A program made the position numbers and the translations under genes. A DNA stretch of 64,000 nucleotides, from NCBI RefSeq assembly GCF_009834535.1, contig NC_045696.1:100008001-100072000 (forward strand), in the 5' to 3' direction. Source of the DNA: Camelus ferus (taxonomy: Eukaryota). This document shows, piece after piece, positions 49,701 to 60,640 of the stretch. A model generated the notes under the pieces. The model saw only the letters and a list, made by a program, of their open reading frames with translations, did no database searches and was not told the DNA's origin. Positions within the stretch are counted from its first letter, which is position 1. Every line of letters starts with the position of its first letter.

Positions 49701-52700
49701 CTGACTCTGAAATTCTATTTTCTCCTGATACTCTTGATTCACAGGTGACTAATTCTCTCTGGAAACTCTACTTAGTTTCACATGTCAATAGAAGGACCTT
49801 ATGTGTTGAGTAGAGGTCCTGGTCCTTGAGGCTTGTATTAAAAAATCAACATTGGTGCACTGGGGAATACTTTAAGTATGGGCTTACATGGAATAAAACT
49901 CAGTGAAACAAGGAGATTACCTCTTGATTCACTATGAAATTAAATCCTCAAATACAAGAGTAGAATCTGAAATAAGTGTATACATCCAATCAAGCCATTA
50001 GATCAAACTGCCAGTTGAGAGGAAATTCATGGGACAGAGCAAGGCCCTTGTCTTCACATTAAATCACTTTGGGAGATTTCAAAAGCCCAAGTACCAAATC
50101 ACACCCGAGTTCAATTAAATCAGAAGCTCAGAATCAGAAGTTTGTATAGTTCCCCAGATGATTCCATATGCAGCCAAAGTCAAAGACATCTGGGACAGAG
50201 CAATGATCTTCAACCTTGGCTGCACAGTAGAAACACCTGGGGAGAAATACCTGGGTAGTTTTTCAAAGCTTATATGTCAAGATTCCACTCAGATCTAGTA
50301 ACCAAAATCTCTGGAGGTGAGACCGGGTCTTTAAGCTGTTTAGGGCTCCCAGGTGATTCCAATATGCAAACAAGGTTTGGAATCATTAGATAACTATCTT
50401 AAACATTCATTTGGAGATGCAATGTGAGAAAACTAAAAGGTGAGAGGATATATAGCAATAAAGGACCTGGTTCCATCAATAAATAAATGTCAAGGAAGAT
50501 AAAAAGATAAAAACAAAATGAAAAAAAGAGACCAAACTTACCTAGTTTACAGATCATGTTTGGATATTGACTTGAACAAATCAATGTAAAAACACATTTA
50601 CAAGACATTCAAGGAATTTGACAATTGGACTATTTGATGATATTAATGACTAAGGTTTGTTTTTTTTTTTAAAGCTATGATGATAAGAATAGTTATATAA
50701 AAGCAAAGAATCTTTTAACTTTTTGAGGCAAATACAAATGGCCAATAGGCACATGAAAAATGCTCAATATCACTAATTACCAGAGAAATGCAAATCAAAA
50801 CTACAATGAGGTATCAACTCTTATCAGTCAGAATGGCCATCATTAAGAAGTCCACAAACAATAAATGCTAGAGAGGGTGTAGAGAAAAGCGAACCCTCCA
50901 ACATTGCTGTGGGGATGTAGTTTGGTGCAGCCATTATGGAAAACGGTATGCAGATTTCTCAAAAGACTGAAAACAGACTTACCATATATTCCAGCAATCC
51001 CAGTCCTGGGCATATACCTGGAGGAAACTAATTCAGAAAGATACATGCACCCCAATGTTCATAGCAGCACTATTTACAATAGCCAAAACATGGAAGCAAC
51101 CTAAATGCCCATCAACAGATGACTGGAGAAAGAAATTGTGGTATATTTATACAATGGAATACTACTCAGCCATAAAAAAGAATAAAATAATACCATTTGT
51201 AGCAGCAACATGGATGAACCTGGAGAACATTCTATGTGAAGTAAGCCAGAAAGAGAAAGAAAAATACCATATGATATCACATATATGTGGAATCTTAAAA
51301 AAAAAAAAAAAAGATGAATTTATTTACAAAACAGAAACAGTGTCAGCCGAGGGAGGCTGATGCGGGGTTCTAGGAGGTGAGCAGCCCAAACGAAAAAATG
51401 CACGAGGAGTTGCCATACTGCCGGGCAGACTTCAGCCGGAGACACCATGGGATTAACAACACTTTATTGCCACAGGGAGGTGCGCCTATGATGCACCTGT
51501 CCTGCTTTTATCTGTTTTCTGTCAGCACATGCGCGGTCTGAGTTTCTTTGTTCATTAGGCTTACAGAATATCTCTAGCACATGCGTACGTCTATTTTCTT
51601 TGTTCTAAATCTTATATAATTGATGCATGCGTGGAGCAATTATTTACTGCATACTATAAACATGCTCTGATTGTGGCCTTGGGTCCCATGGCTGTAACTC
51701 ATCTCAATGCTCCAATCGTGGCCTTGGGTCCCACGGCCTTAACTCATCTCAAGACCAGCTCACAAACAGACTCACAGAAAACAAACTCATGGTTACCAGT
51801 GGGGGAAAAGAGGTGGGAAGGGATAAAATGGGAGCTTGAGATTTGCAGTTAGTAACTATACATCAAAAAGATAAACAAGTTTATACTGTATAGCACAGGC
51901 AACTATATTCAATATCTTGTAGTAACCTATAATGAAAAAGAATACAAAATGGAATATATGTATGTCTGTATATGAATAAAACATTATGCTGTACACCAAA
52001 AATTGACACATGAAAAGTGACTATACTTCAGTAAAAAAATAAAAATTTTTGTTAATTGGTTGGTTTCAAAACAGATATAAATTAACAAGTTATAAATCCA
52101 GATTTTAGAAAGATAAATCCTCGTGTTTATGTGAAAAATGAATTTGAGAGGTAAAATTGTAATAGTACATCTATCTGCAAGTTATTAGCAATAAGGATTA
52201 AATTATTTCTGTTGAAGGGATAAGGTAAAATAACAGGTGTGAGAGAAATGAATTTCATAGGATTCAGCTAAAGTCATAGGGGAGGGAGTCTGGATTGATG
52301 CTGATGCAATGAAACAAGCTGGGAAACATAGGGAGCAAATTTGGAAGACCAATCATCAAACTGACACAAAATGTCTAAGGTGCCTTCTGACTCAACATGG
52401 CTGTCATTCTTAGGAAAAAAAAAGCTAAAAATTATACATGGAACCCCAGTCACAAGTTACATTGCTAGAGAACGACTACAAAAAGTAGAGGAAGAAAGAA
52501 CGAACAAGAAAGATTCCAAGGCAGGTTATAGTGAAATAGAAATTACCAAAGATTAATTAAACTAATGCAGATATCAACAAATGAATAGACTCACAGGATT
52601 TAATTGCTATTAAAATGGAAAGCTGAAGGTGGAACTTTATGTAGCTATAGACTTGCCCCAGATGTTATTTTTTACACTTAATTTTTCTTGTTTAACAGAT

Positions 52701-52860
52701 GTATTACTGTGTTTCACCAGATTCCTTAGCATTTCTGCATCAGAGAATTGTCTCTGTTTTATTGCTGAAAATTCATTTCTGTGTTTTTGTTTTTATATAG
52801 GATTTCATGTTTTATGAAAACAATGGATGCTTTCAGCTTTTGACATTAGGAATATGGTAG
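18094..52860 (+). CDS. PLSCR1-like: Phospholipid scramblase 1/2-like gene, paralog B (spliced; 7 coding exons, 350 aa)
   Basis: Exon lengths 13+392+43+221+162+162+60 = 1053 nt. Phases are compatible, there are no internal stops and all introns are GT-AG. Motifs [39 protein letters not shown] and DFMF are present. Exact orthology (PLSCR1, PLSCR2 or lineage-specific) is unresolved. Confidence 0.92.
18680..20790 (+). mobile_element. Older L1 ORF2 fragment (~18680-19400) followed by a younger L1 3' segment (~19400-20790)
   Basis: The ORF2 C-terminal region appears twice in succession. The second copy runs through [11 protein letters not shown], the 3' UTR and an A-rich tail. Confidence 0.88.
21575..22615. 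mobile_element. Rearranged L1: minus-strand ORF2 piece, short plus-strand piece, then a plus-strand 3' tip with poly(A)
   Basis: Orientation switches near 22400; caattaaaaaaaaa tail at ~22605. Confidence 0.75.
23972..25165 (-). mobile_element. L1 3' segment
   Basis: Poly(T) start followed by the L1 3' UTR and ORF2 end on the minus strand. Confidence 0.88.
25431..26030 (-). mobile_element. ERV solo LTR interrupted by a short L1 3' tip
   Basis: Starts tgttgac (CA terminus on the minus strand); minus-strand AATAAA near 25478; LTR-like composition. The right boundary is approximate. Confidence 0.7.
25658..25744 (+). mobile_element. Extremely 5'-truncated L1 with (AAAT)n tail and an 18-bp TSD
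   Basis: aaagaagaccagacatct at 25640-25657 and 25745-25762 flanks tgacacattgtaaaatgattataaatcaataaaaa. Confidence 0.88.
26290..26495. mobile_element. MER20-like DNA transposon
   Basis: agcatc..tggcctct.tact...cagttgtgacaac..aa.atctccaga motif. Confidence 0.65.
26927..27318 (+). CDS. Paralog B proline-rich exon with heptad repeats, ending [22 protein letters not shown]
   Basis: tttcag acceptor, gtaact donor, 392 nt open from phase 1 to phase 0. Missed by the ORF track because it has no start codon. Confidence 0.93.
26944..27174 (+). repeat. Coding 21-bp tandem repeat, ~11 units (consensus [G/E]YP[A/E]xQA)
   Basis: Units are [77 protein letters not shown]. caggctg or a close variant recurs every 21 nt. 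Confidence 0.92.
27540..27790 (-). mobile_element. MIR SINE
   Basis: Core ttttacagaagagaaactgaggcctagtgag. Similar MIRs lie near 13400-13560, 37450-37540, 40150-40315 and 45810-46030. Confidence 0.75.
28670..28712 (+). CDS. Paralog B 43-nt exon ([14 protein letters not shown] + 1 nt)
   Basis: taatag acceptor, gtatgt donor, HQQIEL motif. Confidence 0.93.
30964..31340 (+). mobile_element. Nested L1 3' fragment inside ORF1 of the long L1
   Basis: TSD aataatggccata (30951-30963) / aataatagccata (31341-31353). Confidence 0.85.
32653..32780 (+). mobile_element. tRNA-Ala-derived SINE (camelid vic-1-like)
   Basis: ggggagaaggtatagctcagtggtagag (A box)...gggttcaatcccca (B box)...gtacctcca, followed by aatctaattacc and an A-rich tail. 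Confidence 0.85.
38684..38904 (+). CDS. Paralog B 221-nt exon ([14 protein letters not shown]...[16 protein letters not shown]) with the palmitoylation Cys cluster
   Basis: tttttag acceptor, gag|gtcggt donor. Lies within ORF 38650..38940. Confidence 0.95.
40318..41298 (+). mobile_element. L1 (L1MA-like) 3' segment
   Basis: ORF2 end ([10 protein letters not shown]) plus a 3' UTR ending cacctcaataaa. Confidence 0.85.
41408..41569 (+). CDS. Paralog B 162-nt exon ([54 protein letters not shown])
   Basis: tttgtag acceptor, aag|gtaaga donor, open frame, scramblase motifs. Confidence 0.95.
45540..45760. mobile_element. MER58-like DNA transposon
   Basis: cagg..gcaaa...gtgggccaca...ttacaaaaacag..ggcaggcagat...gctgactcctg. 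Confidence 0.65.
46665..47102 (+). mobile_element. Internally deleted Tigger1-like DNA transposon, copy B only
   Basis: Begins caggcacac..ttattgc.cttcacagatactgc and ends gtggtctgga..caaacc...atatccaaggtatgcata, matching Tigger1-type termini. Confidence 0.8.
49408..49569 (+). CDS. Paralog B 162-nt exon ([54 protein letters not shown])
   Basis: attttag acceptor, gtaagt donor. Paralogous to 3061-3222. Confidence 0.95.
50733..52045 (+). mobile_element. Younger L1 3' segment, copy B only
   Basis: ORF2 C-terminus ([20 protein letters not shown]), 3' UTR and A tail; absent from copy A. Confidence 0.9.
51341..51764 (-). mobile_element. Young solo LTR nested in the L1
   Basis: TG...CA ends, 5-bp TSD aacag (51336-51340, 51765-51769), minus-strand AATAAA at 51463-51468, many intact CpGs. 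Confidence 0.85.
52801..52860 (+). CDS. Paralog B last coding exon ([19 protein letters not shown])
   Basis: ttttatatag acceptor, TAG at 52858-52860. Confidence 0.93.
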   Translation, partial: DFMFYENNGCFQLLTLGIW

Positions 52861-53434
52861 CAGACTGATGAAAGCATCAGAAAATTTAACGTCTATACTG
52901 ATTGGGACTATATAAATGGAAGACTCATTGTTTTTTTCTCTTGGAGTCAAATACCACATGTGGAATACTCTGTGATGCCTGTAGTCCCAGAATGTGACTT
53001 CACTTTGAAACTATATAGTTTATTTTCTGTTCCCTGGCTTATAAATGTTTTTATACATTTTCTTTGAATGTTCACTCTGTATTTGGGAAAAATGACATAG
53101 GACTTTTTAAGCTTAGACATGAAATTTCTTATGAAAAACTGTTTTCAATTATACTCTGGTTTATTTTCCATTTTTATAGCAAAAATTAATGAAAAACTTA
53201 TTAAAGGAATTATATTATAAAATTATACTTTATTAAATCTAGTTATTTTATATGTAACAACTCATGTTATTTTGTAAATCCTGTATATTCAAGGATTCAC
53301 ATAATTTCAGTTTCCTTTACAATTATGTTCAAATAATTCTCAATATGGAATTTAAGGAAAAGTAAAATGCATTTGTTTTACAGTCAGGAATTCACATTAT
53401 ATTTAACTTTTAGATAAACTAATCTGCTAACATA

Positions 53435-53465
53435 AATAAAGTCTTCATAATGACAAGACAATAAA
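53435..53465 (+). terminator. Candidate polyadenylation signals, paralog B
   Basis: AATAAA at 53435 and at 53460; the second is conserved with copy A. Confidence 0.5.
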
Positions 53466-56039
53466 TTACCATTTTGATAGTTTTCAGTGAACAAAGAAAA
53501 ATATAATTCTGTCCCAGAGAAGGACACATTGTAAGAACTCACTCTATAACTAGGATATCGTTATCATTTTTGAAGTAACTATTTATATATGGAATAGTTA
53601 GCACCTACATTCTAGCATTTATAGAACACAGTAACCTCGATATTACTCTATGTGTTAATAGAGCACACATATACCTTTGCAGAAAATAAACTTCAATATG
53701 GGTCTAGTATTAAATGTACCAATAATCAAACCACTAAAAATTTTAAATTGTTGATATATTTCTTTGCATATTTGGTATTTTTAAACAAACCATGAACAAT
53801 CAAGTCAGGTGGTATTCTGAACCCTGTACATTTACCTTTCATTCCCTTTCAGATCTCCTTAAAAGGAGCAAAAGCATATGACACCATTAGTAAAATCAAT
53901 TCCAGCATTGGAAAACTAGAATTTCTATCTATCAGAAAGATAAAGAAATTTTTATACTCTGTTTTGTAGACAAAATTGAATCCAGTGAGAGGAGATGTCT
54001 AAACTTCAATTTACTTCATGCAAAGGAAAAGTGTGTTTAAGAAACAAGAGCTTAGGGGAGAGATTCCCTGTCATCTCAGCAGAACTCCAGCACCACTGGC
54101 TCCTGATGCTGAGAACACCGGGAGGGCAGGGGAGCTGCAAGAAAAGTGGTGTCCAGGTCACCTTTCATTAGCCTAATCAATTCACCAGATGCCAGATTCC
54201 AATGATGAGGTGTAACACAGGTACTCACATTCAGTTTACAGTTGGTACAGACAGCATGCCAGGTAAACGAGGTACTTGCACAGCTGGATCCCAGTGGCAT
54301 TAGTTACGCCAGTTAGAGAAGGGGAGGGCTTTCCAGGCCAGCGGTCAGGCACCACAACCAACCCAAAATGAGGCTAAAGGACTGACATTATCTCATGACA
54401 GCTACATCTTGCTATCATTCCTCCCCTCCCCCGTTTTCCCTCTTCTTTGCATGGGACCTAGGATCTCTGGCTAAGCAAAGCAAAAAAACAAAAAACAACC
54501 CAGCAATTAATCTGAACAGTTCCTTCTGTTTTCAACTGTGCACAGAAGACGTAAGCAGAAACACTATCTGCAGAACCCATTAAGTTCAAATATTAGACAA
54601 ACTCCTTCTCATTATTTACAAAGAGAAAAATGATCAAATATTAGAAATGTAAATGAGAAAAATATCAGGAATTACAAAAAGTATCATAATTTGTAATCTC
54701 AATGAGATTTGAGGAGATGTTGCATATGTTTTTTGGAACAAGCAATAGAGAAAAGGGGAACATTCTGAGGTGGCAAAATTTTAGTAAGGTTGAAACATAT
54801 GATGACCACATGTTAAAGTATGATAGAAGAAAGATAACACAATAAAGTAAAAGACAGATTTTAGAAACTCTTCAGGAAGTCAGAGTTTAGAGGAAAAAAG
54901 GTGATTTTTGAGGAATAGAGAGATCAATTTCAATTTATGCATAATAGGAATTCCAGAAAGAGAAATCAGATGGAACCAAGAGAATAATTTTAAGAAGAAA
55001 ACTTATTTACAATCAGTACAGATCATATTCTTTTAGGTGAATGAATTTGCCATATATTAGAAAAAATTATGAAAATACCTATTTATGATTATTCACAAAA
55101 CAATTATTACAGATGTTGTTAGGCCTTAGTAGAATGGTTTCTGTGGCCTAAATTCCATGATATTCCCACAGTCTAGTTCATTTTTTCTTACTTCATCAAT
55201 AAGGCTCAACCAATTTAGCACTGTTTAATCACAGACATTTAAAGGACCAAAGTATGTAAAACAAAGAGAAATCCTATAAAGGTATTGTGACCTTGTCCCC
55301 CATTTCCCATGTCTGCCTTTGAGCAGAGACCTTACCAGTTCAGAGATTCTGTCCGTCAGCGTGATGTGACTTAGAGAGATGTGGGGTCATGGATCATTCG
55401 GAGCAGGGACTCCCTTTTCCTGTCATTTTCACCCTGAAAAGAACAAAGAGAAAGTGTCATATCTCAGGTCATCATTCTACCTACCAAGTCCTAGCTCTTG
55501 GTTTCTGAATACCATTCTCCACTCAAACTGGGCTCTTTGAGAAATGGCTGATCCTAGAGTTGAAGCCAGGAAAAGTACAAGATGAGCCTCGAACAACTAA
55601 TGGAATAGCAAGGAGGTGCTCAAGGAATGATGGTGGCGTGTCAAAAACGATAAAGTTGAAAGGGCTCCAGCCACAAAATTAAGGACAATCTGAACATCAA
55701 AACCTTTTATAAGAGATTATTACCATTAAATAAAAGAACACTGTGCACCTACACATACAATAAACATGAAAATTAAGTTTGATGAAGAAAAAGATATATA
55801 TATATGTGTATATATATATAATTTTAATATAGTCTCCCATGAAATCCTTTTAATTTTTAAGAGGGAAAAAGTAACTTTTTTAAAGTTAAAAGCTCAGCAG
55901 CCCCCACTATGATCATGTGATCAAAGTGACCATTGTCAGTAAGAGGAAAAAATAAATTGAGTGTCACGTCATAGGATTCAGTAAGACACAGTATCAGGAA
56001 TTGTGACATGCTGTTTTATGACAGCACACAGTAAAATAA

Positions 56040-59000
56040 TATTTCAAAGTTTTATTGAAATACAAATGACATATAACATTGTTATTGGTTTTAGATGTAC
56101 AACATGATGGTTTATGTTTATATTGCAAAAGGATTACCACAGTAAGTTTAGTTATCATCTATCCCCTCATATAATTACAATTTTTCCCATGTGATGAGAA
56201 TTAAGATTTACTCTCTCAGCAACTTTCAAATATGTGACACAGTATTACCAACTATAGTCACCGTGCTGTACATTACATCCCCAGGACTAATTTATCTTAC
56301 AACTGAAAGTTTGTACCTTTTCACAGCATTCACTCATTTTGCTAACCCTCTAACTCCCCGCAATTGACAACCACCCTCTGTACTCTGTGTCTGTGAGTTC
56401 AGATTTCAATAGTTTCCACATATAGGTGAAATCACACAGTATTTGTCTTTCTCTATCTGATATATATCATTCAGCATAATGTGCTCAAGCTCCATCCATG
56501 TTACTGTAAATGGCAGGGATTCCTTCTTTTTATGGCTGAATTCCACTGTATACATATACCACAGTTTTGTTATCCATTCTTCTGTGGATGGACATTTAGG
56601 TTGTTTTCAAGTCCTGGCTAATGTAAGTAATGCTGTGATGAACATGTGTGTTCAGATACCTTTCTGAAATAATGATTTAACTTCCTTTGCTTGAATGCCC
56701 AGAAGTGGAATGGCTGCATCACATGGTTGTTCTATTTTTAATTTTTGAGGAATCTCCGTACTCTTTTCCATATTAGTTGCCCCAACTTACATTTCCACCA
56801 AAAGAGCACAAGAGTTCCCTTTTCTCCAGGACCTTGTCAACACAGTATGTCTTATTTCTTACCTTTCTGAAAATAGCCATTCTAATCGGTGTGAAGTAAC
56901 ACCACATTGTCATTTTGATTTGCATTTCTCTGATAATAAGCAATGTTGAGCACATTTGAGTGTATCTATTGGCCATTTGTATGTCTTCTTTGGAAAACAT
57001 GTTTATTCAGATCCTCTGCCCAGTTTTAAATCAGATTCTTTTTTTGTGCTTTTGAATTATATGAGTTCTTTAATATTTTGTGTATTAACCCCTTACAAAA
57101 TATATGATTGGCAAATATTTTCTCTCTTTTTGGAGGCTCCTTTTTCATTTTATTAATAGTTTCTTATGCTGTGCAAAAGCTTTTTAGTTTGATGTAGCCC
57201 CACTTGTCGCCTTTGCTTTGGTGTCAAACCTTAAAAAAAAAATCATTGTCAAGACCAATGTCAAAGATATTGCTCTTAAGTTTTCTTCTAGGAGTTTTGT
57301 GTTTTCAGGTCTTACATTCAAATCTTTACTTCATTTTGAATTGATTTTGGTGTATGGTATAAGAGAGTGCTCCAGTGTCATTCCTTTGCATGTAGCTATC
57401 CAGTGTTGCCAGCACCATTTATTAAAGACTATTCTTTTCTCATTGTATTTATATATCCTTCATCATAAATGAAATGACAACATATGCATGGGTTTACTTC
57501 TGATTGTTCCTGATCTACATGCATTTTTATGCCAATTTCATACTGTTTTGATGACCACAGATGAGTAACATAGTTTGAAATATACATGCTTCCATCTTTG
57601 TTATTCTTTCTCAAGATTGCTTTGGCTATTCAGGGTTTTTGAGATTCCATGCACACTTTAGGAATTTTCTTTCTCTTTCAGTGAAAACTCCCATTGGAAT
57701 TTTGATAGGGATTGCGCTGAATCTGTATATTGCTTTGGATAGTATGGATATTTGAAAAATATTAATTCTTTTAATCAAAGGCTATCTGTCCATTTATTCA
57801 TCTCTTCAATTTCTTTCATCAATGTCTTATAGCTTGCAGTGTACATAGTTTTCACCACCTTGGTGAAATTTATTTCTAGATAACTTATTCTCTTTGATAC
57901 AATTGTAAATAGAATTGTTTCCGTAATTTCTCTTTTGCATAGTTCATAGCATACAGAAATGCAACTAATTTTTGTATATTGTTTCTCTATTCTGCAACTT
58001 TAATAACACATTGATTAGTTCTAATAGTTTATTGGTGGAGTTGGGAGTTTTCTATATTTAATATCAAGTCTTCTGTGAATAGAGACAGTTTTACTTATTT
58101 CTGTCTGATTTGGATGCCTTTTATTTCGTTTTCTCACCTAACTGTTCCAACTAACTTCCACTACTATGTTGCATAAAACTGACAAGAGTGGGTATTCTTT
58201 CCTTGTTCCTGATGTTTGCAGAAGCTTTCTGCTTTTCACCATTGAGTATATTACCTGCTGGCTTGTTATAAATGACCTTTATTATGTGGAGCTATGTTTC
58301 TTCTATACCCAGTTTGTTGAGAGTTTTCATCGTGAATGGATGTTGAATTTTATCTGATACTTTTTTTGCATGTATCGAGATGATGATATGACTTCCATTC
58401 TTTATTTGATTAAGTGTTATGTCACATGGATTGATTTGTGCATTCTGGACCATCTCTGCATCCCTGGAATACACCTCACTTGACTATGGTATATGATTCT
58501 TTGAATATATTGTTGAATATGCTTTCCTAATATTCAGTTGAGAATTTTTGCATCTACATTCATCAAGGATATTGGCCTATAATTTTCTTTACCTATAGTA
58601 TACTTGCCTGGTTCTTATATCAGGGTAAGGCTGGCCTCTTAAAATGAGATGGGAAGTGTTTCCCTTTCTTCCTTTTTTTGAAAGACTTTGAGAAGGATAG
58701 GTATTCATCCTTCTTTAAATATTTGGTAAAATTCACCAGTGAAGCCATCTGGTCCCGGACTTTTGTTTGTTGTGAGGTTTTTGATTACTGATTCAGTCTC
58801 CTTACTACTAGGAGATTGGTTTGCTCAGATTTTCTATTTACTGATGATTCAGTCTTAGATGTTTATTTGTTTCTAGGGACGTATCTATTTATTCTAGGTT
58901 GTCCAATTTGTTGGTGTATAGTTCATTGTAATTTCTCATAATTCTTTGTAGCTCTGTGGTATCAGTTGTTACTTCTCATTCATTTTAAATTTATTTATGA

Positions 59001-59200
59001 GTCCTCTCTCTTTTTCCTTAGTGAGTCTAGATAAGGTTTGTCTATTTTGTTTACCCTTTTAAACTCCATTCTTAACTCCATTTATCTTTTTAATTTTTTT
59101 CTATATTTTATTTGATTCTGCTCTGATCTTTATTACCTTTCATTCTACTCCCTTTGGACTTAGTTTGTTCTTCTTTTCTAGTACCTTCAGGTGTAAAGCT
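56040..59200 (-). mobile_element. L1 3' UTR and most of ORF2
   Basis: Continuous minus-strand L1 sequence, including aattcaccagtgaagccatctggtcc (reverse of PDGFTGEF). Confidence 0.9.
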
Positions 59201-59202
59201 AG

Positions 59203-60010
59203 TAACAGATTATTAGAGATTAACTCAGGGGTACTCATTAGTTAAATCCATTTCACCTGTAACCTGCCTTCACTAATCAAGGTCATTTTAATTTGCTGCC
59301 ACATGAGACTTGCATGTCCTCAGAGAGGCACACGGCCTAAACAATAAGATGTTTGCTTGAGTTGTTGTCCAGGAACTTGGAGTCAGCTGTGTCTAGTTGG
59401 AGCTGAGCTGGTTAAGACTGGATAGGACCACCAACCCTCCAACTGGGCATATACAATGTCCACTAGGTGACCCTCTGATGTCAGAGAGCCAAGAACTCCA
59501 ACCTCATCTCATGCTACATGCCTCCATTTTTTTTTTAACTTGCAGAGGCCTATAGCCTAGCTGTACCTGTGCAGAACAATTACCACACCTTTTCCCAATC
59601 ACCTTTCCCCACATTATCCATGCTTCATACTATCCTGAATTTTTTATTCTTTATCTCATAAATATGCCAAGACCCTTGTCTTTGGGGAGGCAGATCCTCT
59701 CCTGTCTACTCACTTGGCTGCCTTTTCTATTTAATGGTCTTACACACTTAGTTTATCTAACTGCCAATTTTGTAAACATACACTTTAATGTCAAGATTCA
59801 GACTGAAACATAATTGTCTTACAAAGATTGTGAATGGAAATGTCATAATTGGACTTGTAAGGTGCTCCACCAGCCCTGCTCCCAGCCTTTCCTGTTTCTT
59901 ACATCAAAGGAGTTATCTCTGTCCCACAGAATAAAAACTAAAGTAGCCTTGTGAATAAACCCTTTCTTTGCTTCAAGTCAGTATCTCAACATTCTGGCTT
60001 GCCATGCCTC
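59203..60010 (+). mobile_element. ERV1-like LTR
   Basis: LTR-like body with cataaata and cttggctgcctt...gaataaaccctttct. Family not identified. Confidence 0.55.
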
Positions 60011-60039
60011 TTGCTGACAGAGTGTGATGACACGGCCCA

Positions 60040-60640
60040 CCGGCCTTCCCAGTTTCTGAAAAGGAGCAGTCAGCCCTAGGTTGTGTTAAACGGAAAGCCT
60101 GACCCTCAGGCTGCAGCTTTTAAATTATGCAAATAGGCATCTTTCAGGCAATGAATTACAGATGGGTATTTCTGTCTGCTGCCTCTGTGCTGAGCTCGGT
60201 GGGGATAGGCACAGGAAGTCTTTGGGAGACCCTTATGAACTGTTTCCTTGCTCGCTGTAGTCCTGTGGGTCTCACAGAGGCAAGCCTTGATCACTTGTAG
60301 AACTAGGTATTTTGGGGGCCCATCCCTCAAGGAGAAGTCTTAGAAATTGGGATGCTTGAGTTGGGTCCAGACATTTTTCTCTTCAGGGAGATTCTCGGAG
60401 TTGTGAGTTCCCTCTCAATTACGTGGCAATGTGCCAGGCATAGGGTTTATGGAGATTGTTTATCACAGCCATTCCTACCTATTTCAATGTAAGGGTTTTG
60501 TTTTTCTCATTTGCCCCACGTAAAGAAGTTGCTCCGGTAGTTTCAGAATTTCTTTTAGAATTATTCTGTGTATGGCTGTAGGTGCTGTGTGTCCTTGGAA
60601 GGAGGTGAATTCTGGAGCCTCCTATGTCATCTTGGACTTT
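60040..60640 (-). mobile_element. L1 5' UTR of the same family as 29700-30250
   Basis: The reverse complement (tccaagatgac...ctccagaattcacctccttccaaggacac...gggcaaatgagaaaaaa) parallels 29705-29850. Confidence 0.75.

Larger units (their letters stand above)
45950..57000 (+). repeat. Segmental duplication, copy B
   Basis: Matches 1-9930, with extra insertions at 46665-47102 and 50733-52045. Confidence 0.93.

Noticed and set aside
54076..54300. 74-aa minus-strand ORF in a duplicated block (paralog ~6915-7140)
   Set aside because: No recognisable homology, and a 1-nt indel in copy A (ggtagatgagg vs ggtaaacgagg) breaks the frame.
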